64,000 bases of DNA from Daphnia carinata. Taxonomy: Eukaryota. Every line of letters starts with the position of its first letter. The first letter of the stretch is position 1. Of the stretch, positions 12,721-26,900 are shown one piece after another. The notes under the pieces are model-generated. The model worked only from the letters and a program-made list of their open reading frames with translations. It had not been told where the DNA came from and ran no database searches. Location of the stretch: positions 3,286,001 through 3,350,000 of the forward strand of contig NC_081333.1 in assembly GCF_022539665.2 (NCBI RefSeq), given 5' to 3'. The position numbers were made by a program, and so were the translations under genes.

Positions 12721-15700
12721 CCTGTGCATGCGAGAGGCTCTCTGATTGAGCCCACCTTGACGGTTAGCTTATATGTACCATATACATTATTTTTTCTTCT
12801 TTTCTTTCTTGTTCTCTCTCAGTCTTCCCTGAGCCAAAAGCCACCTCCTTTGCCCGCTAGCGTTTGTTTCTCTCCATCTCCTCATTCGTTTCTTTCGTTC
12901 ATACGCGTAGGTGTTCGTCTTGTTTAGGGGGCTTTTCATCATGCAACACCATCCACAAAATCACGAGATGACCGGGAATATTCACGTACCTATAGGCTTG
13001 ACTTGACACATAAAACAAGAATCTTTAGAAAAACATTACAAACCAGAAATAGGTGGAATGTTGTCTAAGGTCAATGTACACGTTTGGTCGTTGCCGAAGT
13101 AAATGTTACACCTAAAAAGAAAAATTATGGAACTTCTTTGCGAAGACATAATCTGCTATCACGGCTATTTATCTTCGCATAGACAAGTACTGCCATTAGG
13201 GACGGAAAAGCCCGAGAGTACAGTTACTTAAAAGTGCCGGGAAGTAACGAAAAAACAAAAAATAACGTCAGTGGGAGCAAAGATATGCCGTGTCACGGGC
13301 GTCTAAAGTTCACGAACACCGCGTCTTTAGTACCTGTGGATGTCCACGAGCACCAGACGCACGCATACATCATAAAAAAAACATGTTTTGCTTTTTTTTT
13401 TATACCTTTTTCTTTCCATCACCTTGCGGTATTTGAGGTTTTGTTTGAAGCTCCGTGTGTCTGGATGAATTGGGTCGTCGCCGATGTTGTCCGAGGGAAT
13501 GAGATTTTCGCCTTGACGACAACTATTAATCTGGCAAGGAATGAAGAATAATTCAAAAACCACTGTGACGCAAAATGAAATTTACTTTGATTCGCTTGGG
13601 GTATTAGAAATCATTGGCGAAAAAAACGTGATGGATCGCACGATCCGGGATCGATCGAAAATGGCGTGAGCAGATAAGGATAAAAATTCGCCTCGCCCTG
13701 TGCCCATATTGAGAATCTGAAAAAAGCAAAAATAAAGAAAAAGACGGGAACAAAGAAATGGCCTCCTCCCATGTTTCACGAGTTTTTCAGTTTGGATCTT
13801 AAACAAAGTATAAATATATATATTTGTACCATCCTTCTGGAACAAAAGAACAAAAATAAAAGCTATTGTTTGCGCATTCGTTCTCTTAATATGGGGTTTT
13901 TGTCGGTCCGATTCACTATATTAGCACTGACGTCATCTCATAACGTACGTGCTTCCCCAACACGAGTGGTTTTTACTCACGTTTTGTTTGACGCAATCAT
14001 TTTTTGAGCGACATTCTTTGTTCAACAACGACCCGCATGGCCAACCGGAAACTAACATATGACAGCTTACAATTGTATGATACTCGTATGAAGAACAATC
14101 ATTTCTGAGTCGCAAAATTTTAATTTAGACCTTGAAACTGGACGATGCCAAAAATAAGAAAAGCGTTTTGCTAACACACCCACGAAAGAAAAACGAAAGG
14201 TCCTCTTCCCAAGACCAAAAATGGAGGGTTCAATTGAAGTTGACTTGCCAAAAGAAATGGTAAGATGGATACGCCTTTTTATGAAAATAGTTCTACGCAT
14301 TTTTGTTTTGTTCGTTTTCCACAAAAACCAAATCGAGTAGCAGTTTTTTTCCCAGCTCGTCACATTACAATGATTAATGATTCGGTGGCGCTGAATTCAT
14401 CCACGAGAATGCTGCAATGTTGACATGCGAGGGAGGGTTTCACGCCAACGAAGAGACGGATGTCTGTACACTACACAATCGACCTTACCCTCAGAATGAA
14501 AAGGAAGGAAAACAAAATAGTAAGTTACCAATCTCATTGGCAATGGAGGACGTTTCGGATGAGTAGGGCGTCGTGAGAACACTCAGCCCGGAAGGTTAAA
14601 TTCATTTACGATCATGCCCACAACGACAATCAGCTATGAGGAAGCTCTGAACATAATGCTAGTTAAGAGAACATGTCAACATTATGAAGGAAACAACCGA
14701 GGCCGCAGCACTCACGTTCAATCGAGAGACAAACAAGGCCTGTGGTTCTTTATTTAAAACTGGACCTAGAAAACGTGAACGAGTCTATTACAGGGGCGTC
14801 GTTATGATACTCACGAGACAGGGTCATTCAAAATGGCCGTTGGAAGAGCCAAAGATTTCGATCATGAAGCATGACTTTGTTCATTTTCTCGTTTTTCCCT
14901 GTGGCTGGATACAAACTGACAGATGTTGATGTGATGACAGTCAATTCCTACCAGCAAAAACCAGATCCGGGTTTCATCTTCTTCACACATTCTTTTTGAC
15001 ACTGCTTGGATGTTGGCCAACTAAAGGGAAAGCTTGAATGATCCGACGTGTATTAGCAAATCTTGGCGCGTCGTTGCCAGAAAGAAAGTGAAACCCGTCA
15101 CTGGCCTAGAAAAAAAAACAGGAATAGCAAAAATGTGCAAACAAAAAGGAGAAAACAAAATAACAATAACAAAAAAACGGAAAATACTAATCAATAATAA
15201 ACATCTTGCGTAGTAGTGGCGGCACGAGCTGCTTTCTATGGACGACACTTGGCTAATCGCCCAAGTTCAACAATGTGTGAGTCATCTCAAGGACGAATTG
15301 CAGTTACCACCATCTATTACAAATTAACATCAAAACAAAATGGGCGATGGCTGATATTGTTTTTGTATTGTCTGCAAGAAACAAACAGATGGAGAAGAAG
15401 ACCAACATGTTCACGAAAGAAGGAAGAAACAAAAAAATGATGATGGAACTAAATTAATTAAATGAGATAGAGCATAGATTGCAAGGAAGAAAATAGAATT
15501 TTAAGACGGCCAAGACCATTTCAGAAAAGTAATCAACCACACAGCCAAGAGCAATCAATTGCACTTGGGGTTTATATTCTTTTTATTATTATTATTCTTT
15601 TTTTTTGTAAAGGTGGATTTTGCCCTTCCTTCGTTTAAGAGACACCAACAAAAAAATCGTGTTTAAATCTCTACCAATAATGGAAACAAATCTGTAAACG

Positions 15701-15776
15701 GATTCAAGGAAGCGAGCGGTCCGGATAAAATGCTGTTCTCCATTAGCGCCTTATTATTTAATTTTTATGCAATAAG

Positions 15777-18440
15777 TTAATAACCGTAACGATCCTGCAG
15801 AATGATAACAAATATCATCGTTAGTTACTTCAATAACACAACAAAAAAACACTTCCGATTGTTAACCTGTATGCTGCTAGCGAAATCGTTAGCCAATGAG
15901 GAGAGTTTGCTGGCCACTTTCGTAACACCCTGGCGAACACTTTCCTTCACTTCGTCCAAGTCAGGCGTCTTTAAAAACGAAAAGAATCGATTAGAAAGCA
16001 GCTGCATAAAAACAAGCAAATGGCATTACCTGGATGTTGTACCCAGCTCCGGCTGAGTTTTTAGAACGTCCACTGTTGGAATTGCCAGTCCCGAAATAGT
16101 CAGCAGACGAGATTCCCGACGAGCCTTCAAATCGTGACAAGTTTGTCCTTCGTTCGTACTGCAATTATTAAACCAAGCATTCCCATCATGGTCAAACAAG
16201 AAATGTTATTTTTTTTAAAGCAATAATACTTACATCAGCACTGCCGGAATCCTGGAAATATTGGTCAGATGAAATGGCTTTGGCGCTGCCGAACTTCTTT
16301 TGCGCTTCCCCACTGTCGGAGGCGCCAGAAGAAAATTCCTTTGTTTTCGTAGAAGAGCCATACGTTGAGCTGGATGATTTGCCACTGGTAGTGGATGATC
16401 CATAGTTCGAACTCGAGGAAATAGGACCTCCGAACGCGGCCGCGCTTTGAGACGACTTAGAAACAGGGGCGAAATCGCTCAACATGTCCCAATCCGAGTC
16501 ACGACTTGATTTGCTGCTTCCCCCGCGAGTCAGCAAATCATCAAGTCCGGAATTTCTGAGAAAAAAAACGTGATTCGCGGTTAAAAACATAGCTCAAATC
16601 GACTACTTAAAAGGAGAAATCCTCCTACTTGGAGTAGAACGAATTAGAAGATTCTTCAGCCACTGCAAACGTTTTTCGGTCCAATGAAGCCAAAACGGAC
16701 GCACTCGAGCTACTAGTGAAGGCCGAAGAATCTTGTTGAATAATGGCCATGTCACTTATGGCGGAATGACTGATATTTCTACACAAATGGAAAGGACCTG
16801 ACGTGCTGTTTTCTATTATTATTATAAATGTACTTACCTCGGGCCACTGTTCGCTGCCATGATTCCCATGCCCAAACGTTCCACCTGTTGCGCTTTCGAT
16901 GGATCTACCTTTTGTAGTCGTTCCGATTGTTTCTTCGACTCGAGGCTCAAATCTTGATAGGCTAGTCGTAGAGAGTTTGTCTATTTGAAATTTAAAAATA
17001 CTTTGAATAGTAAAAGAGTAGTGAAACACTTGTTGATGGAGAATTCCCAGACACATACCTGGGATTCGGTTTCTTCTGGTTTGACGTCAGCGCTTTTCTG
17101 CGAACGCATCGAGTCGGCAAGTTGAGCTTCCTTTTCAATTTCGTCAAAATTGGTATGCACTTTGGTCGCACCCAATCCTTTTTTGGCGCCCATCTGTTAG
17201 CGGAAAAGAAAATAATACGGGAAATTGATAGACGAGTGTCGGCTAACTTAATTATACCCCTGGTTTTTTCGCTGCCGGTTTGCGCTGTCCAATCAGAGAT
17301 TTTGCAACTTTTGGTTCCGCAACCTAGAAAATTGTAAAGTCATGATTTCTGAATTAAAACAGCATCAAGACCAGGAGTTACCGAGGGAGATGGATTGCTA
17401 ATAACAGCGACATTTGGTCCAGCACCTTGGCATTCTGCCTCACATTCTTTCACTTTAACGGGTTCGGTGGCCTGTTAAGTTCAGATGCAAGATATCCTTA
17501 TAAGAAAACTGTAGTTTTTTTCGTGTGTGCTAAACATATAGACTCACAACAATTTTGGGCAACAATGATCCATTTGTATTAACAGGTGTGGTATCCGGGA
17601 ATGCTTCAGTTACTGCGAAGAAATCTTCTTCCTTTTTCTCTTGGGGAGCCACTGCTTCCGTGCCTGAATCGATGTGAAGCTTGAAAAGGAAACAGAGCTC
17701 AAATGAGTAACTAAAAACATGTGGTGGAAAGAATAAAATGCAATTACTTGAGTTCCGTGAATCCTCAAAGATTGGATAGCTAGATTGGAAAGCTTTTCCT
17801 TGTACAGCATGGCTGCTCTAGAGTTGTACTTGGTCTGTGCATCCATAGTGGTGCAGTTATGCTGCCGGAAGAAAGTTGCCTACACATTGCAATACATCAC
17901 AATTATAATATATCCTTCCACACATTGTAAGGTTTCATACGGCATTGGCGTTTCCTCCGAGTTGCATGCTTCGTAATTGCACCCATGTCCATTGTGTGTC
18001 CAGCTGTGTGGAACGGACAAATGTGAGGTGGACTCCCAAATTTCTATGGACTGAAGAGCAATCGATGCAGATGAAGACTCCAAAAGTCACAGTTGACCAC
18101 GTAGGATTTTTGGCTCCACAATCAAAACATGTCTAGGAAAAAAAGTAGAATTTGAACACCCATTTCTGCTATAAAATAATTGTATGTATAGTGTCCTCGA
18201 CGCGATTAGAAAATGAACAAGCGAGCAACAGATAATTTCAAGTATTGCACAAGGCTTAACTGCCTCACCTTATTTGTGGGAATTGACCGTAACCTCTTAA
18301 AAATGGCCCTGCAATAAATCAAACAAAAATAACAATAAAAGATCTGTATCGATTCTTCTAAAAATTAAAGCGACAGAATTCAAATGATTTTTAAAGTCCA
18401 TTTACTCAATATCGGCTTTACTAGGTGCTTCCACCGCCAT
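15777..18440 (-). CDS. ArfGAP3: ADP-ribosylation factor GTPase-activating protein 2/3 (Glo3 type)
   Basis: Spliced N-terminus [70 protein letters not shown] (C4 zinc finger with the catalytic Arg); KKGLGA; Glo3 motifs [17 protein letters not shown] and GISSADYFG; ends [18 protein letters not shown]. Confidence 0.95.
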
Positions 18441-19154
18441 TTTTTCTTTTGGGCAGATGATCCGATACGTCAACAAAAAACAATCGCCGAACGCTGCCAC
18501 GTGAAACAACTGCCAAACGCCTTGTGAGGAAACTATAGATCGGATAGTCTACCAATTGATACTTCTTTCTACTGCTAGCGACATCACCTATTTCGTGCCG
18601 GGTACCAAAACTTGAAGCTCTTCTATTTTCTAACCACACGCAAAGTCAACATCTCATCCCCTGTAGCCTTAAGCTATTCTGGCTCTGTTGTTCCATTCGA
18701 ACACCATGGCGCTGCAGAGCAATCGACTGGCAGCAATGGCAGATTCCAGTCTACATCTCTTTGGCATCCAACGTCGCGTGAAGAAGCCTCGTGAATCGAT
18801 TCAATCGTTTCCAGATGTTAGGATAGCTAAATAGTCAACTAAATAATGCAGATAAAGTGTCTGTCCCTTGTTGAAACGATGCCCCGTTGAAAAGGGGACG
18901 CGAGTTATTCTTTTGCTTGTTTTCTTTTTTATGGTATCGTTTTTTTACGATTGTCGAACAAAACGATCGATACGAGTTGTTGATAGAGGTTGCCAGGGCA
19001 ACCAATCGAATTATCATATGGAAACTCATCAGCTGTTCTACAAATAGAAAGTATGTTGTGTGTTGGCGAGAGCATTGTACCGGAGAGAGCTTATTTTGTT
19101 TCGTTGCTGCCGGAGGTATATCACATTTTACAACACGACGAGAGCTCTTGAACA

Positions 19155-22100
19155 ATGTCTAGTCGAAGGGAAGCAGCGTCAGCAGCAGCAGCAGTTCCTT
19201 TGAAGCCGAGCAGTGCACCTTTAGTCTTGCCCATGAACAGAGCAGTGCCCTTTCGTAGCTCCATCAAAATCAACGCTATGCGTCCGCCAACGGCACACAG
19301 CGATCGAAACGAAGTCAGTTCGCGAGTGGTTATCACCAGCAAAACAAGTGGCCTCGTATCCAGAGATCTCAGCAACAAAATGAGTTCGAAAAGCAGTTCA
19401 AGTGGCGTGACATCGTCGAAACCTTTGTGGCAGACTGTCAAATCGTTTGGTGGCCGATTGGACAGAGTGGCGCCAAGCAACAAACAGGGCAAAGAGAAGA
19501 ACAACAAGCAAGAACAAATGGCCACTTCGACTGGCACCGAATCCAGTGGCGTCTTCTCCAGTTCGGAAAATGGCAGCTTGAAAGAGTTGAATAAAGACGT
19601 TGTTACGTCCAATCGAATTCTACGTCCACCTCAGTCCTCAACTAGTCGACTAACTGCAGCCATGGCCAAAACGACGAGCAGGCTGGTCAAACGTCCAACG
19701 CCCACCGTCACCAGCACCGTTGTTGGTAAGTTAAATGGCAATCATCTTTTTTTGATAATATGTTGATTTTATGTGAGGTTAAGAAAAAAAAAAAAGGCCC
19801 TGTTTTCTTGTATTCTCTTTGAATTGCCTTCGCCACTACTGGTGGTTTGGTTACTATTTTGCGGTTTCTCATTTTTTTTTTTTTTACACGTTGGCAAACC
19901 CAACTTTTCGTTTGATCCATTTTTTTTTTTTTTTTTTGTTGAAACAACGAGCAACGGTTCATTTTATTTGCTTGTTTGTTTGAAACGCACTATCTGCACC
20001 TGAGATAAGGCAGTGGGTTAAAAGGCACTGAAAGTATTAAAAACACAAAAAAACAAAAATGGCCTGCCATTTCCTGGCTGTACATAACAACCGGATTGGA
20101 GTGGATTCACGCGTGACTGGCTTCTCTCTGCGTGTTAAGTATCAAGACGTTGGAAACGGCTCAATTCGATTAGCATAGACTCTTTTATCGATGTGTTTTT
20201 TTCTTTCCCCATCCTTTTGTGCGAAATGTTTAAAAAGATGTCGACATCACGGCAAGTTCGTAACTACGTCATTTACAGCAGGTGGTTTCTCTTCCGTCAC
20301 CTCTTCCTAGCTCTCCATTTTTGCTTTCCAAAAAAATAACACACAGTCGACCTTTTGACAGCTGATTTTTATCCGACCAGCAGATGGAAGTAGAAAAACG
20401 AGGCCGCGGGACTTTTTAAACGACAGGTTTTATTTTATTTTTGAAAACCTGTTTCGTTCTCTTTTGGCTGGAAGAAGTTCATTGCTTGGTTTTGCTTTTC
20501 GGTCACGAACGTTTGGAAGCAAACAAACCACGCCTTGGGTTACATAAAACAATTTTTTTTTATTGAGGTGCTTCGCAGGTAGAGCCGAAAGCAATCAGTG
20601 AGAGTGGACATGTTGTAATCGTATCATTTAATTCGGAAAACCACATTTACATTTTTCTTTTTCTTTGACAAACATTTTCAAGGACCTCGGTCGAACCCCA
20701 ATCAGTTTTGGTAGATGATGCGTGCGGTTCACCACAATTCGAAAAGTCCTTTTAAACTTTCGTTCAGAATATTCAAACATAGTTTGATGTAATCCAGAAA
20801 AAATGCTCCATCGGAGAGAAAGAGAATGGAACGAAAAGAAAAGCTGTAAATAGTATACAAAAATTCTATTTCCCGAACATGTGGAGGAGCAGCTCCCGAT
20901 ATCGTCCGTCCCTTTTATTTTTTTTTTGATCATTGCCGAAATTCTTGCTCTTCCTCAAATATTTATTTTTCTTTTTTCGACATCATTCAGTGGCGCCTCT
21001 TCTTCTTTTCGTTTCAAAAGAGGAGGCAACGATGCGCGGCGAGAAGAGAGAAAGAGAGAGAGAGATAGAAACGACGTCGTTCTTTTCTTTTTGTTTGCGT
21101 GGCCCGTGTGTACGTTTTTCTACTCCCGCCCACCCCCCACTCTACTACTCCCGCAGGCAGGGCAGCTCTCTCCTGGCGCTTCTCCTCGTGGTGCGTGAGA
21201 GACTCGACCGTCAGTCGAGTAAAGCGAAGCCGAGCGTACGGTCACACGAAAGAAATCAAAACAATTTTTTTTTTTTTGGCGGGATTTAAGAAATTAGTGG
21301 AATAATTTGATTGTGCGTGCGTGCGTGCGTGAGTGCAATCGTTTCCGATGTGAACTCGATGCCAGTGTGAACGTGTCCCAAACAACATGTCGAGCGGAAT
21401 AAGCGGCAATCTGTTGCATCGGCAGCAGCATTTGATTATTGCTAAACCGACCCAGCATCATTACCTGCTCTTGGTTCGTTTACCTGCGCCAGCGCTCATC
21501 CAGCAAAGGTGCACACTCCGACAAGGTAAAAACGCGCCAAATTTCGAAAAATCCTATTTTTTGCACGTGTTGAGCAACACGTATAAAAAAATGATTCACC
21601 AATGTTACATCAAAGTGAGTTTCAAATAAGGGCATACCTGGGGGGAACGCGTTTCACAATGCGATTGGTTAAAAAATATGCGACTTGAATAGCTGAACGA
21701 TTGCGGAAAAATATGGCCGTGTAACGAGCATCGAAAGCGATTGTACGGAATAAAACAAGCGCATGATATCAAGCGTTCGCGTCTCTTTGTTGGCCTTGTG
21801 ACACGAACGTCTCCATTTTTGGGTAGACATTGACATTTAGCAAACGAGGAAGAGGGAAGCAAAAAAAAAAAAGAAAGAAAAACACGGTCCATTAAATTCA
21901 TCAATTAATTCCTGGATTTTAGTACAATTCTCCTTTGATAGGAAAATAAAGGGGGGGGGGGGAGTGCTGAAAATTCACGGTTCTTCTTTAAACGAATCAG
22001 ACCGTGAAAACGGTTGCTGGCCCGATTTGGAAATGGACAAAAGGGACTCGTTGCGGTCACAAGTTTTGCTTTGTTTTTTTTTGTTTTTTTTTCGATTGGC

Positions 22101-23942
22101 TCTTCTTTTGACTCCCCTGTTGTGCGTTTGCCCATTTAGTCTTCCTATTTTTTATTCGCTTTATTTCCTATTTGATTTTATCCGAGCGATTATGGACGCC
22201 CTACACCTGCGCACTCATTTCCCTCTTCAAAACAACAGTTGAAAGCAATTGAAATTTCTCGATGGTGGGCACACTTCAACGAGTGGCGTATTGGATTTCT
22301 CTGGCCATCTCAAGGCTGTCCACTTGTATTTATTTTGTTTATCCTACGCCCCTGGAACATAAGAAATCCAATCAAAAATTTAAAAAAAAAAAAAAAAAAA
22401 AGGCTTTTTTTTTTATTTGTCTCGAATTTGGATATCAAAGGTTACCATATATTATCAAGCCCTCCAGCAAACAAAAAGAGCTGGTAGGGCTACACAGTTT
22501 TCTGCATATCACTGCCGCTCGTTGCCCATCTACGGTTATAATTGCTTTAAACTTTTTGAACGAAGACCGATGACTTGCTGGCCCTTCCAATAATTCACTG
22601 AACTCACAAAAAAAAAAAAAAAAATGTGGTGTGTTGGCGAAGCTTCTTAACTTTTTTTTTTTTTTTTTTTAATGCAACTAACCCCTACGAATTTGACGGA
22701 TTTAAACACATGAAATAGGACAGAGCATAAAAAAAAAAATTTTTGTTTGAGGCAACAAGATGGGCAAATAAGAACCGGACTCTTCAACAGTTTTTCTTGT
22801 TTGAATAGAGTCAACGGGTGGTGTAGGAGAGAGAAAAAAAAAAAAGAGGGGCGACTTTAGAGCTGGTTATCACGCGTCCAACATCACAGTTTCACCTCCT
22901 TTTTATTTTCTCTTTCCGCTGTCTCTTGAAAATCCTGAAATAAAAAAAAAAAAGAAAATCAACTAGCAAGAAACAGCCATTTTTTTTTCTGGCTTCTGGT
23001 TATTTTCGAATGTCTTGAAAATGTAAATTTTTTTTTGGGGGGGGAGGATTCAGGAAGATTTTAAAAACAAAATAAGCCCATCGTGTAGTGACGTCAATGT
23101 CTGTTTTAGCGGGGACGGCTAGAACCGAATGCAATTTTGCTAAATAAAATAAGACGTCAGCAAAAAGTCTGGAACAGGACAAAAAAAAAGCGCTTTTATT
23201 TATAGATCACGCGTGAATTTGCATCCCTTTTTTTTTAAATCCTAAAATAAAACGTGTCACACACACACGAAAACTAAAAAATTTTGTAAAAAATTTTCAT
23301 TAGAAAATTAAAAACGAAATTTTTGAAAACGGCAGGTGGGCCTGTCCAGGAATTCTCGCCCCTCTTTCTTTAGGATTGCAGAAGGTTGTTGTTTTCGTCT
23401 TTTATTTTGAAGTAGAAAGTCGAGGACTGCCCAACGTGACCGGAATGGCAAAAAGCTGTTAGATAGAGCCGAACGTTCCGAGGAGAAGGGGGAGAGCCTA
23501 TTGGCGTCGCACCTTGTACGTCTATTTACACGCATATAGCGTCGACATCATCGTTCCATCTTGTTCTTTTTTTTTTTTTTTTTTTTTTTTCTATTTCGCG
23601 AATTTCGATTTCGACTGCAGGCTGCAGACAATTGGTTCGTCCTTGATGCCATTTTCTTTGCCACCAGCATTATTTTTTTTTTTTTCCTGTGTTAAGGTAT
23701 TCCTTTTTGATGATGAAAAAAGAAAGAAAGAAAGATGTAAATGTTTCAGACTAGATAATTTATGCGGCGCGTTAAAGAAAGAACTCGTACGCTACAAATG
23801 GCTGCGCAACAGAGGACTGGATCCAAAACCATTTTTGGGAGGGGGAGAATGGCTCGCCTTCTCTTAACATGGAATTGCAATCCTTTCTTCTCTTAAAGCT
23901 TGTCCGGCTTCCCAAACAAGTAAACAAGAGATAAAATTTAAA

Positions 23943-23974
<32 letters not shown>

Positions 23975-26900
23975 GTTTAGCCTAGAAATCATTCCCAATA
24001 GTGTACGATGATATTAATGTAGAACAACACCAAAACCTAGAAACACGCGCGCCCAATGAATTTTTTCTTCGGGAAAAAAACAAACAAACTTAATGAGACC
24101 TCTTTTTTGATCGCACCTGGTGGTATCACTACGTGCGTATGAATCTGATTGTACTGATATATCTTCCTAGAAAAAAATAAAACAAAGGCAATGCGACCAT
24201 ATGTTTTTAAAAACAAGTACGACACAAAGAAATCCCTTTCTCTTTGGAAAGACATTCGTGCCGCGGGAAAAAAAAAAAAATTGAAATCACAACGTGGGTA
24301 TTCCGGCAGGAAGTAGGTGTGTGCGTGTGTTTTTGTGTATCCCCCACCTCTCTCTCTAAAAATCTATTCTTCTTTGAATTTCAATGGGGAAAAAAGAAAA
24401 TACCAAATGGAACGCCTTTTCGATACTACCGACGTCCTCCTCTTTTTTGTTATTCATACATTCAACATCACGCCATCGTTCAACGTATTGATGCGACTGT
24501 ATAGGGGAGAAAGGGGGGGGGGTGATAATGCAAACACATTGGTAAAGATCATCACTCATCGTTTGAAATTCATTTGCCCTCACCGTGAAAAGTAGCAGAT
24601 AGTAGGAAATCATTTGCATACCAACAGCAAAGATTTTTCAACGTCGTGTGAGGCATTTTTTGTTTTTGTTTTGTTTTCAAAAAAATTTGGCAGAGATGTT
24701 CGCTAAAATGTGTTTAACCGGAACTTTCAGAAACCGCCACTTTGTTTTCCTGGACAATTTCCCCCCTAAAAAAACTCCCGTCTTTTAATTAACACGGAAA
24801 TATTTTTTTTTTTTGTTTGTGCGATTTGAAAATGACTTTCGACTTTGTTTCATTGTCTGTACATCATAAAGAATCAAACAAAAGACTCGGAAAGTCCATA
24901 AAGTCATCAATTGTGGGCCAGCACTAAAAGGAGTCCGCCCCCGCCGGGCACGAAAAATAGACGTAAAATGAAAGTGAACGGTGGAAGTTGCAGGTAAAGC
25001 ATGTCTACACGAATCTAAACGTGATTGACAGCTTCATTAGGTATGTGCGCGACGTTCGTTTGTTCTTACCCGACTTCGCTTCCATCTCTGTCCCTATCAA
25101 TTTGCGTCCCCTTTCGTTTGTTCTTTTTTAACTTAAAAAAAAAAAAATGGCCGCTAGGGTCAATTAACAGCTGATGGTAAATGGGGACCTACACATTTTT
25201 TAAAAAGAACATGAAACTTGTTTTGCTCTTTTTGTTTGTTACCCAAGTCAAGGAGATCGACTTCAAAAAACGCACAGCGTACGGTTTTTTTTTGGAAAAT
25301 ATTCAGCGTCCCTCGCAGCCAAATGGTGGCCCAGATTTCGACGACCCTGAGTCTCTTTTTTTTTTTTGCATTTTTTCTTTTAATGAATTATTCTTTTCCG
25401 TCTTCTTCGCCTTCGTTGACCATAAATGCGGTACCGAATCAAACTTTGACTTCCGCTATACAGTTCGAAATATTGAAATTCCATTTTGGACACAAATCTT
25501 TTGTTCACCTCTATATATGGACATGGTTTCCCGTCACATTGGTGGAATTTCCAAAAAAAAAACCCTCTTTTCCAAGCCTCTGACATCCGCCATTGCCTGG
25601 AACCTCGAAAAAAAAAAAAACATTACGTCAATGACGTACACGGCCGACCTGAATATTTTCAGTCCGCTTATCCCTTATATTTAAACAGAATACGTACATA
25701 AGACCTTTGGCTGGACCCTAATGTTGTTTACTCACTTGTTCCATGTTATATTAGACTGGAAAAATAGATTTTGTATTTTTCGAAAGTGCTTTTCCACAAA
25801 AAAAAAAAAAAAATTAAAACCGCCAACACACAAAGCCGCCCACCAGAAGAACGGGCCATTTTCCCGGTTTTTTTGCGCCATCAGGTGGGCGGTGACTATT
25901 TTTGGCCTCGAAAAAGAAAAAAAAGAAAAGGAAAAGGCGCAACACAGACGCAAAAATCGCGCATCATCTCATACTAGAAGGAGCTATTGCCAAGTGGCTG
26001 CCGTTTTGTTTTTGGACGGCCAGAAACGAGACGGGCTCTCTTGGCATGATCACGTAAAACGACGGGGCTCTCTTTCGATAGCGCCTCTCGATGTGTTGGC
26101 GCTCTTGCGTTCCAGTTGATAGTCGGAGGCCGTCGCAGCTTGGTCGGTTCTTTAAAATTGTTGTGGGTCGAAAACAGCTGTTCTCTTTGGAAGGGTAGTG
26201 CTGGACATTCGGGTTATATTTTGTGCCCGTCGTTTCGTGTGTGAGAATTCCTTTTTGACGTCGGCTCCTCTTTTTTTTTTTTTTTTTTTTTCGGGACTGG
26301 AAAATACAAACAAAAAGAGAATCGCAGCTGTTTGTTAGAGAGGGGTGGGCAGAGCTGGCCCTGATTTTTTTGTGCCTGTGTTTTTTGTTTTTCCCGTCGC
26401 ATCCGCATGGATTTGTTGATTCTGTGTTTTATAGTCATCGCCATCATGTCCATCCTGTTGTTTTTATTCGGCTCCTGGAAATCCAGGCGGCCCAATAGCA
26501 GTTGTATTCAAGGTTGTCTGTTTTCTTTTTTTTTTTTTTTTTTTTTTTTCCTCTTGGTTCCATTGAATTTTTGTGTGGAAACGATCGATCCCTGTCGATG
26601 GTGTCGATAACGTCCAAACAAAACAAAACAAAAAAAAGGTCCAGCAAATGTTTGAATTTCTCTTTTTTTTTTTTTTTTTAATTTGCCCAGTAGATCAAAC
26701 TGTCGAACTACACAATCAAATCCACTTGCTGAAAATCCAACATCATGAACAACTCGAACAGCTCAAGCGTGAACGTAAGTGTCTCTCTCTCGTTTGTCTT
26801 GACACAATTCCCTTCCTCTTGTGACCGTCAAAAAAAAAAAAAGGGAAGCCATTTTAACTCACTCTCTCTTTATTTGGTTTTTATTTTCGCGTCACAGACA

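Noticed and set aside
19770..26650. Many 60-160 aa ORFs rich in F/K in long introns and intergenic DNA (also 29-38 kb and 54-63 kb)
   Set aside because: These are translations of poly-A/poly-T tracts, with no coding signal.
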